From the human T2T-CHM13v2.0 reference genome, Homo sapiens, in the NCBI RefSeq assembly GCF_009914755.1, contig NC_060926.1: a DNA stretch of 64,000 nt, one strand, 5' to 3'. The first letter of the stretch is position 1. Each line of letters opens with the position of its first letter. Positions 1 to 13,096 of this stretch are shown here, piece by piece. The position numbers and the translations under genes were made by a program. The notes under the pieces are model-generated. The model was not told the DNA's origin. It ran no database searches and worked only from the letters and a program-made list of their open reading frames with translations.

Positions 1-356
1 TTGAAATAGAATCAGTTCAATGAGTAAGATGAAATACATAACATTTATCCATGCAGTCACAATAACTGTTCCTTGTTACAGAAATCATGGAGAAGGTGAT
101 ATTTTGTTTATTTTAGATTTTCTTAGGTTCAGTTCGCAGTATCCTAAAATAACAATGATGTTCTAAGTCTTTGCATTTGCACCAACTCTTACACTTTATA
201 TATACTCCCTTCAGGGTACATTTTCAATTCATGAAGATGCTTGGTTGCAGGCAGTATGCTTGGCACCTGTGACACAGAGAGTAATAATACAAAGTCCTTG
301 ACTTTTAGAAGTCACGGTGAGGTTGTATAAAATACTTTATAACAGCTTATAAACAG

Positions 357-385
<29 letters not shown>
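357..385. repeat. (CA)n microsatellite
   Basis: About 14 uninterrupted CA units. Confidence 0.95.
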
Positions 386-387
<2 letters not shown>

Positions 388-879
388 CATACATACACAC
401 ATATACCTACACATGTAGATATACAGCAGGACTCAGGTGATAGGGAAATACATTCTATCTACATTTGAAATCTATTGACATGGATTATCTTCTAATCTTG
501 ATAAGAATCCTGTGAGGCAGGTATATCAGTTAGGTATTTAACAGTGAATGATAGAAATCCATAAATTGGAGACTTACACAAGATATGTATTTATTTCCCA
601 AGTAAAAAAAAAAAGCCAGGAAGAGGAGCACCAAGGCTGTTTAAATGGTGATTCTACAGCCATCGAGGAGGCAGAGTCCTTAGAGCTTTCCTCCACGGAG
701 TGTCTAGATTATGGCCCTCATGTCAGCAAGGTTGATAACGAATGTTTGAGCTTGGAGGAGAAGGGAGGACACTTTCTCTTTCAAGGAGACTTTGAATGTC
801 TCATGCAATAATTCCAGTTTGGTAGAGAATTAGCGGTCTGTCATGGAAGTTTGCAGTTGAAGAACTGCGGGCTCAAGGA

Positions 880-1080
880 GTGATGTGGTGATGCATGGAG
901 TTAGAAGACCTGTATTCTTGGGCGGCTCAATCATTTACTAGAGATGGGATTTGGAGCAAATCACTCACTTCTGTACATGCTCGATTTGTCACTGGAAAAT
1001 AAAATATCTCCAGTGTGAGAGAGCTTTGTAATAATTAAATGAAAGAGTACATGCAAAAACCATTGCAGACCATAAAGTAC
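880..1080 (+). mobile_element. MIR SINE fragment
   Basis: Resembles the MIR core (ggagttagaagacctg...tttggagcaaatcactcacttctg...taattaaatga). Boundaries approximate. Confidence 0.65.
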
Positions 1081-1774
1081 CACACTAATTAGTTATGGGT
1101 GGAGCTGAAAGTTTGGTTACTTTACACCATTAGTCAAGTCAAACAGTGATTTCAAAGCCAGCAGGTATAAGATTTTTCAAGAGTTTGCAGCTGTATATCA
1201 CTTCCTTTAACAAATGTGTGGATTTGTTTCCACCTTTCACTTTAGAGTTCTAGGTTATATTGTTCTGCAGGAAAGATCAAAATGTACATATTTCTGTGGA
1301 TGTTTCTTAGAGTAAAAAAGTGACATCCAGCTTCATTCTAGTTTGTGTTCAGAATGAACGAGGCTGAGAAAACACGAGAGTGCTGAGACAAAACAACTCG
1401 AGAGGAACGTTGTGTCTTGCTGCCTTGGCCACCTGGCGGGAAAGGAAAACCAGAGCCGTGGGAACCAGAGGGTATCCAGGAGAGTTTTCCAGCAGCTCTG
1501 GTCCCATACTGTACCCCAGCCTTGTAGGGATGAATTTTTATTAGAGCTCTGACACTGAATGTGAGGACTTCAGGAAATTTATCCACCTGTTTGGGGACTT
1601 ACTTTCCTTTTATAGGACATAAACATTTCTCCTTGGATTTATGTTTCCTCAAAATCTTTTTCTATTTTTTTCTGATTTAATTATTAACTTATCTAATAAA
1701 GTAGATTTAAATCAATTCATTCCATGAGGGAGAAAATGAGGTGCAGAAAGAAATAACAAGAAGATGAGGTGTTT

Positions 1775-1960
1775 ACAGTTCTGGCTCTGCTGCTTACCAG
1801 TTCTGAGTTCTTGAACAAGTTATTTAGCATTTCTGAGCTTTGGTTTTCTCACTTGTAAAATGGGGTTAACAACACCTACCTCTCAAAGCTGTTGTGAGAG
1901 TTAAAGCAAATAGTGCAGTGCAGACACACAGGAACTATTCGTCATTCAATAAATGATGCT
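1775..1960 (+). mobile_element. MIR SINE
   Basis: ttctggctctgctgcttaccag...tctgagctttggttttctcacttgtaaaatgggg...gttgtgagagttaaa...tcaataaatg matches the MIR core and 3' end. Confidence 0.8.
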
Positions 1961-3949
1961 TGTTATTCAGTCCAGGTTGCATCGAGACACCCAGCACTCC
2001 TGATCAAAGTCTAATGCTCTTTCTACTTCATAAAATGCCTTTGCTGACCCCTTCCTGGCCTCAGTCAAAATGTGGGCTGCCATCTACTCCTCTATTTATC
2101 TGGGTGGGAGGTAAGGAGAGAGAAAAGAAGTTCGCCTAAATTATGGATGGTGTGATGTGGTGAGCGATCTTAGATGGTAAACAGAGACAGACCTAAGAGG
2201 TTTATACCTGCCTCAATTCACAGATGAAGAAACTGAGGCCCAGAGAGGGGAGGACTCACTAGAAATCAACAGCTTTTCTTTTCATGACTTTCTGTAAACC
2301 TTTTTGGATTGCAGCAAAGCCCAAGTATTTATGGATTTGTCTGTTCTGCCTTGCCTGGGCTCATATGTGCAGGGGCCACATTAGGCACAGAAGGAAAGTA
2401 AAGCCCAATTATGGCTGTCTACAGCAGCTGGCACAGTTAGGATTTTAATATACACTTAACAGTGGTTTTATAACCCTCAGTTTGCAGCAGACTGGCTTCT
2501 CCCGCATGTCACTAATTAAATGTATTACTCTGGTTCACCGTGGATAGAATGGATCAATGAGTGTTGTAATACATTGAAGGAGATAAAGCACTATTCAAAG
2601 GCTTTGTATGAAATGTCATTGGTCTTATTAGTATTTCTAGCTTGATTCTTAAAATTCTCAGCAGCTTAGCAACCAGAATGATTCTTTGAAGTATCATTTT
2701 AGTCCACCAGTCAGAAAGCTAGCCTTTGGTTGGGAAGGAGGTGGGAGAGGTCTAAGTCTATAGGAGTGATTCTGTTGGAAGACTTCTAGTACCGTGGTCC
2801 TCAATAGGTCCTTAAAGATTGCTAATACACATCCCTGAATTTTCATATAAGGACAAAGGCCTGGAGAAAGGATGTAATTTGCTCTAGGTTACATAATCAG
2901 ATGGTGAAAGAACAGGGATGAAATCTCCTGATTTGTAAGACAATATACAGAACTTATGCATAGTTTGTTTTTGTTCTTTAGAATCCATGGAAAGAAGTAG
3001 AGAAGTAAGGTGAAACATTGCCTAGCAATTTGAATTTAGATGGTTAAGTTCATGGGTAAAAATTAAAAGCATGCCAAGATAAAACGCTGCCTGGTGAATA
3101 CTCTTCAAGCAAAATATAAGCTCGATAGTCATCTCCTTGAACACAGGCTTTTTACCCTTCTAGCACTGTGCTGAGCACTTAGTACATATAGGAGTGAGCA
3201 ACTGATCAGCTGAGAAAGTTCTGAGATGAGCTGTCATTTCATTTCTTGAGCAGCAATTGTCTTTTTTATTACTTGTGCAAGTCCAGAGAGAGGTGGGGGG
3301 GCGGTACCGGTCTACCTGCTTATCCATGTCAGTGCTCCAGTTCACAGGTTGGGGTCACTGATCTGTTCCTGCCTTTCCAAGCTGAGAGGTCAAATCCTTA
3401 GCCATAGAGCTCTTTTTGCTGAGGCGTAATTACTGTAAAGGGTGCATTTGGCTTTGCTGGGCCCTGGCTGTGTTTTATGAATATTGGACATTTCTCACTT
3501 CAGAGCCAGTGCCTGGCTGAGGACAGTGATGCATTTAAAGCTAAACAATGCTAGGTCCATGGTAGGGCCCAAGCACAGCTGCACAGTCATGCTGGAGCTG
3601 TGACAGGGGATTTCAGCCTTCCAGAAGTCCTATGATTTGCTGAATGTGCCTGTGGGAGAGGGCTACTTCCATGCAAAGACCTCAAGGGAGACCCAGAACA
3701 GCGGGGAAAGATTTCTGTTGATGCTGGTGCAAAGTTGGGCTCTACTGTGGGCCTCTTTTTTTGTACCTCACAGATATGGGTCTGATGCTGTCTGTGCCCC
3801 CAGCCTGGTGCAATAAACTCAGAAGACAGCCTGTTCTAAAGACAGCCCCTGTCAAAGAAGCATAGTTCTGTCGTTACTGCTGATCATCCTTACTCCTCCA
3901 ATGCTAATATAGCAGAAGTAATTAAAAGAATAGCATATACAGTAATAAA

Positions 3950-4140
3950 AAGAACCATAGGGAAATGACAATGGGTTTCATATACTTTACAAATATTATT
4001 TTATCTAAACTTAGCACAATCTTTCTAGGAAGGTATTATTTAACCCATTTCACAGATGTGGGCCTTGAAATTTAGCACAGAGAACTAAGTTGCTTCTAAG
4101 GACCAGATGTACTTAAAACATTCCTCTTTGGCCCCTAAGT
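3950..4140 (-). mobile_element. MIR SINE fragment
   Basis: aggtattatttaacccatttcacagatg is the reverse MIR core. Confidence 0.55.
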
Positions 4141-5769
4141 CATTATCTTTTATACAACATGACATATTTGCACATTTCTTTACAATTTATAAACTAAATT
4201 CACTTCTGCTAACTCATTTGACTTTTAAAACAACCCCATAACCTCGTTTTTCTTATGATCTTTATATATTAGTTAATGTCTCAAATTTATATTTCTGGAA
4301 AGTGGCAGAACATTAAAAGTCAGATATCTAGGTATCGCTTACATTTGAAAACAAAATGAATGGAGTTTTGAATACATTGATGTTGTAATGACCTGTGATT
4401 CCAAGAATACCTGCATTGTGCCTGGATCACATCCACTGCTCCTCATGGGTTCCCCAGGGAGACATGCTTTCAGGGAGTTAGGGAAAACAGAAGTGAACAG
4501 CACATTATTATTAGCTGAGATTTGGCGTAAAAGCCAAATGCAGAGAATTCTGACCATCTGAACTGTGTAGAGCACTTGTTATTAGGTAACTGGGCCTCAG
4601 CCTAAAGCAGGCCATGAGGCCAGCTGCTCTGGTTCATTACCAAACTCAGCATGCATCTTGGATCTTACCCCAATGTGGTCCTTTGAATGGAAGGACCAGC
4701 AAAATGGAATCAAAGAACTACAACCAGCCTCTGATTTTTAATGCATGTTGACCTGCAATTATTAGTTTAGCTTTGACCAGGATGGGAAAGGCAACAGAGG
4801 AAAAATGTGGGGAAATTAAATTTCTTTGTATTTATTCATATCTGGCATTGGAGGGCAAACTCCCATGTTGCCTCTTCCTTCTTCAGATTCCTAAGAAAGA
4901 CTGTTGGATCTGGACCTTTACCTGCCTTTCTCTCCAAATTAGCTCTCTTTGTAATTTGTCAGATGACCAGGACACTTCACTTGTTGCCTGCTCATCTACT
5001 GGATTCTTGTCAAACCTTTCAGAATGCCAGAGATCTATTATTTTCCCCATGCTTGGCTGTTGATCCTTCTGCTTCTTTGAGGGCCATGGTTCTCTGTCTG
5101 TTATTAATAAGTGATGCAAAAGATCTATTCATCCATCCACTCATTTAGCCTCAAGGTTAAAAAAAACCATAAAGTTGAGTATCTTTCCAGTGTCTGATTT
5201 TGCTAGTATAAGAGCAACATCTGAATATTGATGGAATCAAATAAGAACATTTATAGGGAAAACAGCTGTGGGTGGAATTAATCCAATACTGAGATCAAGG
5301 ATAAATATTGGAGCAGTGATGGGGAGTTATTATATAATTTGCATGAGTGACCACCATATTTCAACTTAGACCAGACTCCAGCACCATCCATATATCTGTG
5401 TTTATGCCAAATGCAAACAAAGTTATTGGTGGTCAGGTTCTGCTATAATTTAGCTCTGCTAAGTTAGACATGTGGAAAATGAATATCTAAACAGGACATT
5501 AAGCAGGTACTGGCTATTCAGTGAGTATTAATGAGGAGCAGATGATTTCTGGGATGGGAGTCAGGCTATCTGGATTTTCAGCTTGGACTTGCCACTAACC
5601 AACCTTATAAGCTGGGGCTAACTCCTCTTTCTGGGTGTCAGTTTTTTCATAGTAAGATGAGAGGAGGGCAGCTCTTAAATGCTGTGGATTGAGAATTTCA
5701 TGGCAGTGGGGTTATTTGCAAGAGGAAGAGCAGCAGATTGTCTGAGAACCCCTTGTTCTCTTCATCTCT

Positions 5770-5986
5770 GAAAGTCCAATTTCAACTCCTTTTTCAAGCT
5801 TTTGCTGAAATAGCATCTCCTCTGTGAAGACTGTCCTGATTACCCTGCTAAAGTGACTTCTGTCTTTCATCCAATGCATTTCAATTAGTGCAGTCTGTGC
5901 CATTTAATACCTTGTACTTTGTATTATTATTATTTGTGCTCATATCCTAGTCTTCTATTAAGCTTGTAGAAATCCTTAATAACATT
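5770..5986 (+). mobile_element. L2 3' fragment, left part, interrupted by THE1A
   Basis: catctcctctgtgaagactgtcctgattacc... continues after the THE1A as ...cctagcacagtggttggcacacagtgaatatttg, the typical L2 3' end. Confidence 0.65.
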
Positions 5987-8241
5987 TGATATTGTTTGGT
6001 TGTGTGTCTTCACCCAAATCTCATCTTGAATTGTACTCTCATAATTCCCACGTGTTGTGGGAGGGACCCAGTAGGAGATAATTTGAATCATGGGGGCCCG
6101 TTTCCCCTATACTGTTCTCATGGTAGTGAACAAGTCTTATGAAACCTGATGCTTTTATCAAGGGTTTCTACTTTTGCATCTTCCTCATTTTATCTTGCTG
6201 CCACCATGTAAGAAGTGCCTTTCACCTCCCGCCATGACTCTGAGGCCTTATGTGAGTCTGTAAGTCCAATTAGACCTCTTTTTCTTCCCAGTCTCTGGTA
6301 TGTCTTTATCAGCAGCATGAAAATGGACTAATACAGTAAATTGGTACCAGTAGAGTGGGGCATTGCTGAAAAGATGCCCAAAAACGTGGAAGTGACTTTG
6401 GAACTGGGTAACAGGCAGAGGATGGAACAGTTTGGAGGGCTCAGAAGAAGACAGGAAAATGTGGAAAGTATGGAACTTCCTAGAGACTTGTTGATTGGCT
6501 TTGACAAAAATACTGATAATGATATGTACAATGAAATCCAGGCTGAGGTGGTCTCAGATGGAGATGAGGAACTTGTTGGGAATTGGAGCAAAGGTGACCC
6601 TTGTTATGTTTTAGCAAAGAGGCTGGCAGCATTTTGCCCCTGCCCTAGACATTTGCGGAATTTTGAAATTGAGAGAAATGATTTAGGGTATCTGGCGGAA
6701 GAAATTTCTAAGCAGCAAAGCATTCAAGATGTGACTTAGGTGCTGCTAAAGGCATTCAGTTTTAAAAGGGAAGCAGAGCATAAAGGTTTGGAAAATTTGC
6801 AGCCTGACAATGCAATAAAAAAGAAAATCCCATTTTCTGAGGAGAAATTCAAGCCAGCTGAAGATATTTGCATAAGTAATGAGGAGCCAAATACTAATCC
6901 ACAAGACAGTGGGGAAAATGTCTCCAGGGCACATCAGAGACCTTTGTGGAAGTCTCTTCCATCACAGACCTGGAGGTCTAGGAGGAAAAAATAGTTTCAT
7001 GAGCAGGGCCCAGGATCCCTGTGCTGTGTGCAGTGTAGGGACTTGATGTGCTGCGTCCCAGCCACTCCAGCTGTGGCTGAAAGTGGCCAATATAGAGCTT
7101 GGGCTGTGGATTCAGAGGGTGCAAGCCCCAAGCCTTAGCTGTTCCCACATGGTGTTGAGCCTGTGGGTGCACAGAAGTCAAGAATTGGGGTTTTGGGATC
7201 TTCACTTAGATTTCAGAAGATGTATAGAAATGCCTGGATGCCCAGGAAGAAGATTGCTGCAGGGTCGGGGCCCTCATGGAGACCCTTTGCTAGGGCAGTG
7301 TGGAAGGGAAATGTGGGGACAGAGCCTCCACACAGAGTCCCTACTGGGGCACTGCCTAGTGGGGTTGTAAGAAGAGGGCCACCATCCTCCAAACCCCAGA
7401 ATGGTAGATCCACCTACAGCTTGCCCTGTGCACCTGGAAAAGCCGCAGACACTCACCAGTTCATGAAGGCAGACAGGAGGGAGGCTGTACCCTGCAAAGC
7501 CACAGAGGAGGAGCTGCCCAAGACCATGGGAACCTATCTCTTGCATCAGTATGACCTATATGTGAGATCTGGAGTCAAAGGAGATCATTTCGGAGCTTTA
7601 AAATTTGACTGCCCTGCTGGATTTTGGACTTGCGTGGGTCCTGTAGCCCCTTTGTTTTGGCCAGTTTCTCCCATTTGGAACAACTGTATTTACCCAATAC
7701 CAGTACCACCATTGTATCTATAAAGTAACTAGCTTGCTTTTGATTTTACAGGCTCATAGGTGGAAGGGAATTGCCTTGTCTCAGATGAGACTTTGGACTG
7801 TGGACATTTGGGTTAATGCTGAAATGAGTTAAGATTTTAAGGTACTTTTGGGAAGTCATGATTGGTTTTGAAATGTGAGGACATGAGATTTGGAGGGGCC
7901 AGGGGTGGAATGTGTGTCCTCACCCAAATCTTATCTTGAGTTGTACTCCCATAATTCCCACATGTTGTGGGAGGCATCCTGTGAGAGGTAATTTGAATCA
8001 TGGGGGCCATCTCTCCCATACTGTTCTCATGGTAGTGAACAAGTCTCATGGTTTTATCAGGGGTTTCTGCATTTGCATCTTCCTCATTTTCTCTTGCTGC
8101 CACCATGTAAGAAGTGCCTTTTGCCTCCCGCCATGATTCTAAGGCCTCCCCAGCAATGTGGAAATGTAAGTCCAATTAAACCTCTTTTTATTCTCAGTCT
8201 CAGATATGTCTTTATCAGCAGTGTGAAAACGGACTAAAACA
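5987..8241 (+). mobile_element. Full-length THE1A MaLR provirus (5' LTR 5987-6335, internal 6336-7910, 3' LTR 7911-8241)
   Basis: TG...CA LTRs with the THE1A-type segment (ttttgcatcttcctcatttt...gtaagtccaattaaacc). Polypurine tract ggaggggccaggggtggaa precedes the 3' LTR. Perfect 5-bp TSD ACATT at 5982-5986 and 8242-8246. Internal ORF remnants match the MaLR ORF. Confidence 0.95.
6341..7723 (+). pseudogene. Disabled THE1-int (MaLR) ORF with three in-frame TAG stops
   Basis: ORFs 6341-6739, 6740-6994 and 7163-7723 share one frame. Stops lie at 6737, 6992 and 7136. The peptide (...SDGDEELVGNWSKG...YLAEEISKQQSIQ...) matches the other two THE1 copies in the window. Confidence 0.85.
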
Positions 8242-8246
8242 ACATT

Positions 8247-8385
8247 CTATATCTCTCTTAGTCCCTAGCACAGTGGTTGGCACACAGTGAATATTTGTTT
8301 AGTGCTTTGTGGTAAAATAATTAGGTCAATCTGTGTGTGTCTGGCTGACTGAATAAATGAATGAATATACACATGAATGAATGAA
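8247..8385 (+). mobile_element. L2 3' end, right part
   Basis: cctagcacagtggttggcacacag followed by a (TGAA)n tail. Confidence 0.65.
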
Positions 8386-9269
8386 CGATGTATGAGGAAT
8401 ATAGAAATAGACAGATATGTGTCTCTAAACCTAATATTTTTCAACGTAATATATCTTTGTTTGAAGCATGATGCTAAATATATATATATGGTCTTACTGA
8501 ATTTCACAACAATCAAGTTAAGTAGGTATTATTCCCCTTTCAGAAAAACTAAGCAATATACTTCCAAAGGTTTGGAACCCCAATGTGTCTGACTACAGAA
8601 CCCACATTCTTAGCAACTGGACTACATGCCTGGAATCTTCAGCTGATGAGGCACAGAGCAAGGATGCGGCCATACATCAACTATTAGAGAATAATTGGAT
8701 GAGTCTTCTCTTCAGTATTTGTCATATGTGTCTATTTTCCTTTTGGAGACTCAGAAAACATGACAATCTCATTTTCAAACAATGTTCAAGCAACTCGTGG
8801 CTGTTCCATCTCAGCTCACAGAAGAGTTTCAGGCTTATTGGCCAACAACTCATTATATTGGTTCAATGTCAACTATGGTGTTCATTTTTGTTGCATTTTA
8901 GACTGACTTCTATGCAATTATGCATAGTCTTATTGCTATTTATTTGAGAGTTCTAGAAATATTCTCTGATTTTAGTGAGATATTGGTTTAAGAGATTCAT
9001 TGTAGTGAGACCTACATTAACACAACTTGAAAATGTTTTCCTTATGGTCCCTGAATTGTAGGGCTATGTCATATTCCTGATGGTTAAGATTGTTTTGGAT
9101 GCTAACTGTTAATGTCAAAACCAAGTTAGCGATGTAAAATAACAAGCCAAGAAAATCTGTGATTCAACATTGCCTTCATACTTTGCAGTTAGGATGAATG
9201 TCTGGGGCAGTAATGGTGAATAACATCATTTATTTTATTTTTAAATTAAAATTAAAATTAAGTTAAAAT

Positions 9270-12230
9270 ATTTAATAGACTTTATTATTTTAGAGCAATT
9301 GTAGGTTCTCAACAAAATTTAGCAGAAAGGAGAGACAATTCTCATATACCCCTTTTCCCCACACAAGCACAGCTTCCTCCACTGTCAACATCCTGCATCG
9401 TAGTGGTACATTTCTTGCAACTGATAAACCTGTGGTACATCATTATCACCCAAAGTTTATACTTTACGTTGGAGTTCGTTCTTGGAGTTGTACGTTCTAT
9501 GAGCTTGGACAAATGTATAATGATATGTTTCTACCATTATAGTATCATGCAGAATAGTTTTACTGCAATGAAAGTCCTCTATTCTTTACCTATTCATACC
9601 TTCCTCCTCCCACAACCTTGCAAGTATCTCTATAGTTTTGCCTTTTCCAGAATGTCATACGGTTGGAATTGTACAGTATGTTACCTTTTCAGCTTGACTT
9701 CTTTTACTTAGCAATGTGCATGTAAGATTTCTCGATATTGTCTCATGTCTTGACACCTCCTCCCTCCCTCCCTCCTTCCCTCACTCCCTCCTTCCTCCTT
9801 CCCTCCCTCCCTCCTTCCTTCCCTTCCTTCCTTCCTTTCCTCTTTCCTTTCTTCCCTTCTTCCTTGACAGAGTCTCATTTTGTCACTCTATTGCCCAGGC
9901 TGGAGTGCAGTGGTGTAATATTGGCTCACTGCAGCCTTGAATTCCTAGACTCAAGCAATCCTCCCACCTCAGCCTCCCAAGTAGCTGTGACTACAGGGGC
10001 ACACCACTATGCCTGGATAATTTTGTTTATGTTTGGTAGAAACCAGGTATCAGTATGTTGCCCAGGCAGGTCTTGAACTCCTGGGCTCAAGCAATCCTCC
10101 CACCTTGGTACCCCAAAGACCTGATTATAGGCATGAGCCACCTCTCCTGGCCCTCATTTCTTTGTATTGCTAAATAATATTCCAGAGTCTGGATGTGCCA
10201 CAGCTTATTTATTCATTTATCTACTGAAGGGCATTTTGGATGCTGTCAATTTTTGGCAATTATAAATCAAGATTCTATAAACACCCATATGCAGGTTGTT
10301 TTTTTTGTGGACATAGGTTCTCAATTCATTTGGATAGAAACTACAGAGTGCAATTGCTGGATTATATGGTAAGATTATGTTTGGTTTTGTCAGAAACTGC
10401 CAAACTGTCTTCCAAAGTGGCTGTACCATTTTGCATTCCCACCAGCAACGAATGAGAGTTTCTAATGCTCTACATCTTCACCAGTATGTGGTAGTGTCAG
10501 TTTTCTGAATTTTGACCATTCCAATAGGGATGTGATGGTATCTCATTGTTTGATTTGTATTTCATAATATGGAGCATCTTTTCATAGACTTACTTTCCAT
10601 TTGTATATCTTCTTTGGTGAGGTGTCTCTTCAGGTCTTTTGCCCCCATTTTTTTAAGTTAAGTTGTTCATCTTTTTGTTGAGTTTTAAGAATTATTTGTA
10701 TATTTTGGATAATAGCTAATCAGCTATGTCTTTTGCAAATGCTTTCTCTCAGTTTGTGGCTTGCCTCCTTATTCTCTTGACAGTGTCTTCTGCCAAGTAG
10801 AAATTTTAAATTTCAATAAAGTCCAGTTTATCAGTTACTTCTTTCACCGATTGTGTCCTTAATGTTGTAGCTAAAATGTCATTGCCATACTCAGGTCATC
10901 TAGATTTTTATACTGTTACCTTCTAAAAGTTTTATAGTTTTCTGTTTTACATTTAAGCCTACAATCCATTTGGGGTTAATTTTTATAAATAGTGTAAGGC
11001 CTGTGTCTGGTTTCACTCTTTAGCATGTGAATGTCTAGTTGTTGCAGCACCATTTCTCAAGAAGACTATCTTTTCTCCATTACGTTGTCTTTGCTCCTTT
11101 GCCAAAGATCAATTGACTATATTCATGTGGATTTATTTCTGGACTCTTTATTCAATTATATTGAAGTATTTATTCTTCCATTAATACCATACTGTCTAGA
11201 TTACTGTACCCCCTCAAAGTTGGGGGTATCAATCCTTTCACTTTCTCTTTCTGCTTTAATATTGTGTTGGCTATTTTGAGTCTCTTGTTCTCTATATAAC
11301 TGTAGATGCTTTGTCAATATCCACAAAATAACTTGCTGAGATTTTGATTGAGAATGCATTGAATTTATTGATAAAATTGAGAAATGACATCTTGATGATA
11401 TTGAATCTTCCAATCCACGAACATGAAATAGCTTTTCATTTTTGTAGTTCTTCTCTGGTTTCTTTCATCAGAGTTTAGGAATTTTTCTTACATATGAGAA
11501 AAATAGATCTTGTATATGTTATGTTAGGGTTAAATCTAAGTATTTCATTTTTGGAGGTGCTAAAGTAAATGGCATTATGTTTTTAATTTTAAATTCTACT
11601 TGTTCATTGTTGGTATATAGGAAAATGATTTACTTTTGCATATTAACCTTATATCATGAAACATTGCTATAATTACTTATTAGTTCCAGAAATTATTTTT
11701 GTTGATTATTTCAGATTTTCCACCTAGATTTTTATGTCATCTATGAATAAAGACAGTCTTACTTCTTCCTTTCCTGCCTGTATACCTTTTTCCTCCTTTT
11801 CTTGTCTTATTGCATTAGTTAGGGCTTCCAGTATGATGTTGAAAAGGAATGGTGAGAGGGTACATTCTTGTCTTATTACTGATCTTATTGGGAAAGCTTC
11901 TAGTTTCTCACCATTAAAGATAATGATAGCCGAAGGTTTATTGTAGATATTCTTTATTGAATTGAGAAAGCTCTCATCTATTTCTAGTTGGTCAATCATT
12001 TTCATCCTAAATGGATGTTGGATTTTGTCAAATGCCTTTTATTGCATCTATTGCTATAGTTATGTAATTTTTCTTCTTTAGCCCATTGAAGTGATAGATT
12101 ACATTAATAAATTTTCAAATGTTGAATCAATCTTGCATACCATAAGCCAAATCTTACTTGGCCATCATTTATAATTCTTTTTCTACACTGTTGGATTCTG
12201 TTTGCTAATATTTTATTGAGGATTTTTTTC
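9270..12230 (-). mobile_element. L1MC1/2-like LINE-1: 3' end and part of ORF2, interrupted by AluJ
   Basis: 3' UTR signature ttttagagca...gtggtacatttcttgcaactgataaacct. Minus-strand ORF 11724-12005 encodes L1 RT motifs ([12 protein letters not shown]...[13 protein letters not shown]...LSLFIDD). Confidence 0.9.
9757..10152 (-). mobile_element. AluJ with tail decayed to (CCTT)n
   Basis: Alu body 9865-10152 with J diagnostics (cagccttgaattcct...aagcaatcctcccacc). Pyrimidine microsatellite 9757-9864. Confidence 0.9.
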
Positions 12231-13096
12231 ATTTCACCACTTATTCTTGTTGCATCAATTATCCCATGATTCAGATTAAGTCAAAATACTTTCTATTGTT
12301 GAATCCAATAAAAATATCATAAATATAGTATTCTTGTATAGACAACACAATATGATAAAAAAGAAAGTGAATATTTATTGGTTATTCATACTAACTATAT
12401 TACTTAATTCTCACAAGTAATGTAGAAGTATTATATATTTTTCAGATTAGAAAATAATTCTCCCTTCATTTAATCATCAATGCATTTTATCTGTACACAG
12501 AATACATTGTAGAAAATAATTAGATTCAGCTTCAGTACCTATCCAGGAAGTAGCAAAGCCAATACCTCAACTTGGGTCTAACTGATTACAAAGTTTATGT
12601 TCTTTCTACTATAGCATATGGAGGCCAGTTTATTTTAAACTGATATGTACTATCATCTTTGGAAGTGATGCTGAAGTGGGAGAAAGTCACACGAATTTAT
12701 AATTCTTCAAACAGTAGATGTAAGGCTCTGCCTGAGCTTAATCCTTCTGAAGGCTTCAGGCCATCTGTTGTAGCCTCAGGGCTTCCTAAAAGAAGGATGC
12801 ATGAGAACAAGGTTTTCCCACCCCAGCTGACCCCCCAATCTAGAGTCAAGGACTTAAAATCTGACAGTCATTGGTCCAGTCATTCAGTCACAAATATAAC
12901 CTCCCATGTGGCATCAATAATACCTCTTTTCTTTCAACTGGACTCTGGGGAGTGTCTAACTGTTCCAAGGATGAACCATGGACAACCAATGAGTCTCCAT
13001 CCTGTAGGTGGCCGCGGGCCATGTCCATAGGCAAATTGTCTGCCTTGGAACACTTCTGTAGTTGTAAACAGATGCTCAGCCCACAGTGGGGTTATG

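Noticed and set aside
548-811. 87-aa acidic ORF
   Set aside because: Starts in a MIR-like relic; no recognisable homology or exon context.
1424-1442. CTCF-like tggccacctggcggg (also 25514 gccaccaagatggtag and 48633 acagcagatggct)
   Set aside because: Each has mismatches or altered spacing at core positions.
11724-12005. Reverse-transcriptase-like ORF as a novel RT system
   Set aside because: Ordinary degenerate L1 ORF2 fragment within the L1MC element; the same applies to 33324-33710.
12720-13090. GC-richer stretch with 123-aa and 135-aa ORFs; possible pseudogene or ancient repeat
   Set aside because: No recognisable protein similarity in the frames shown; needs a Dfam/BLAST search.
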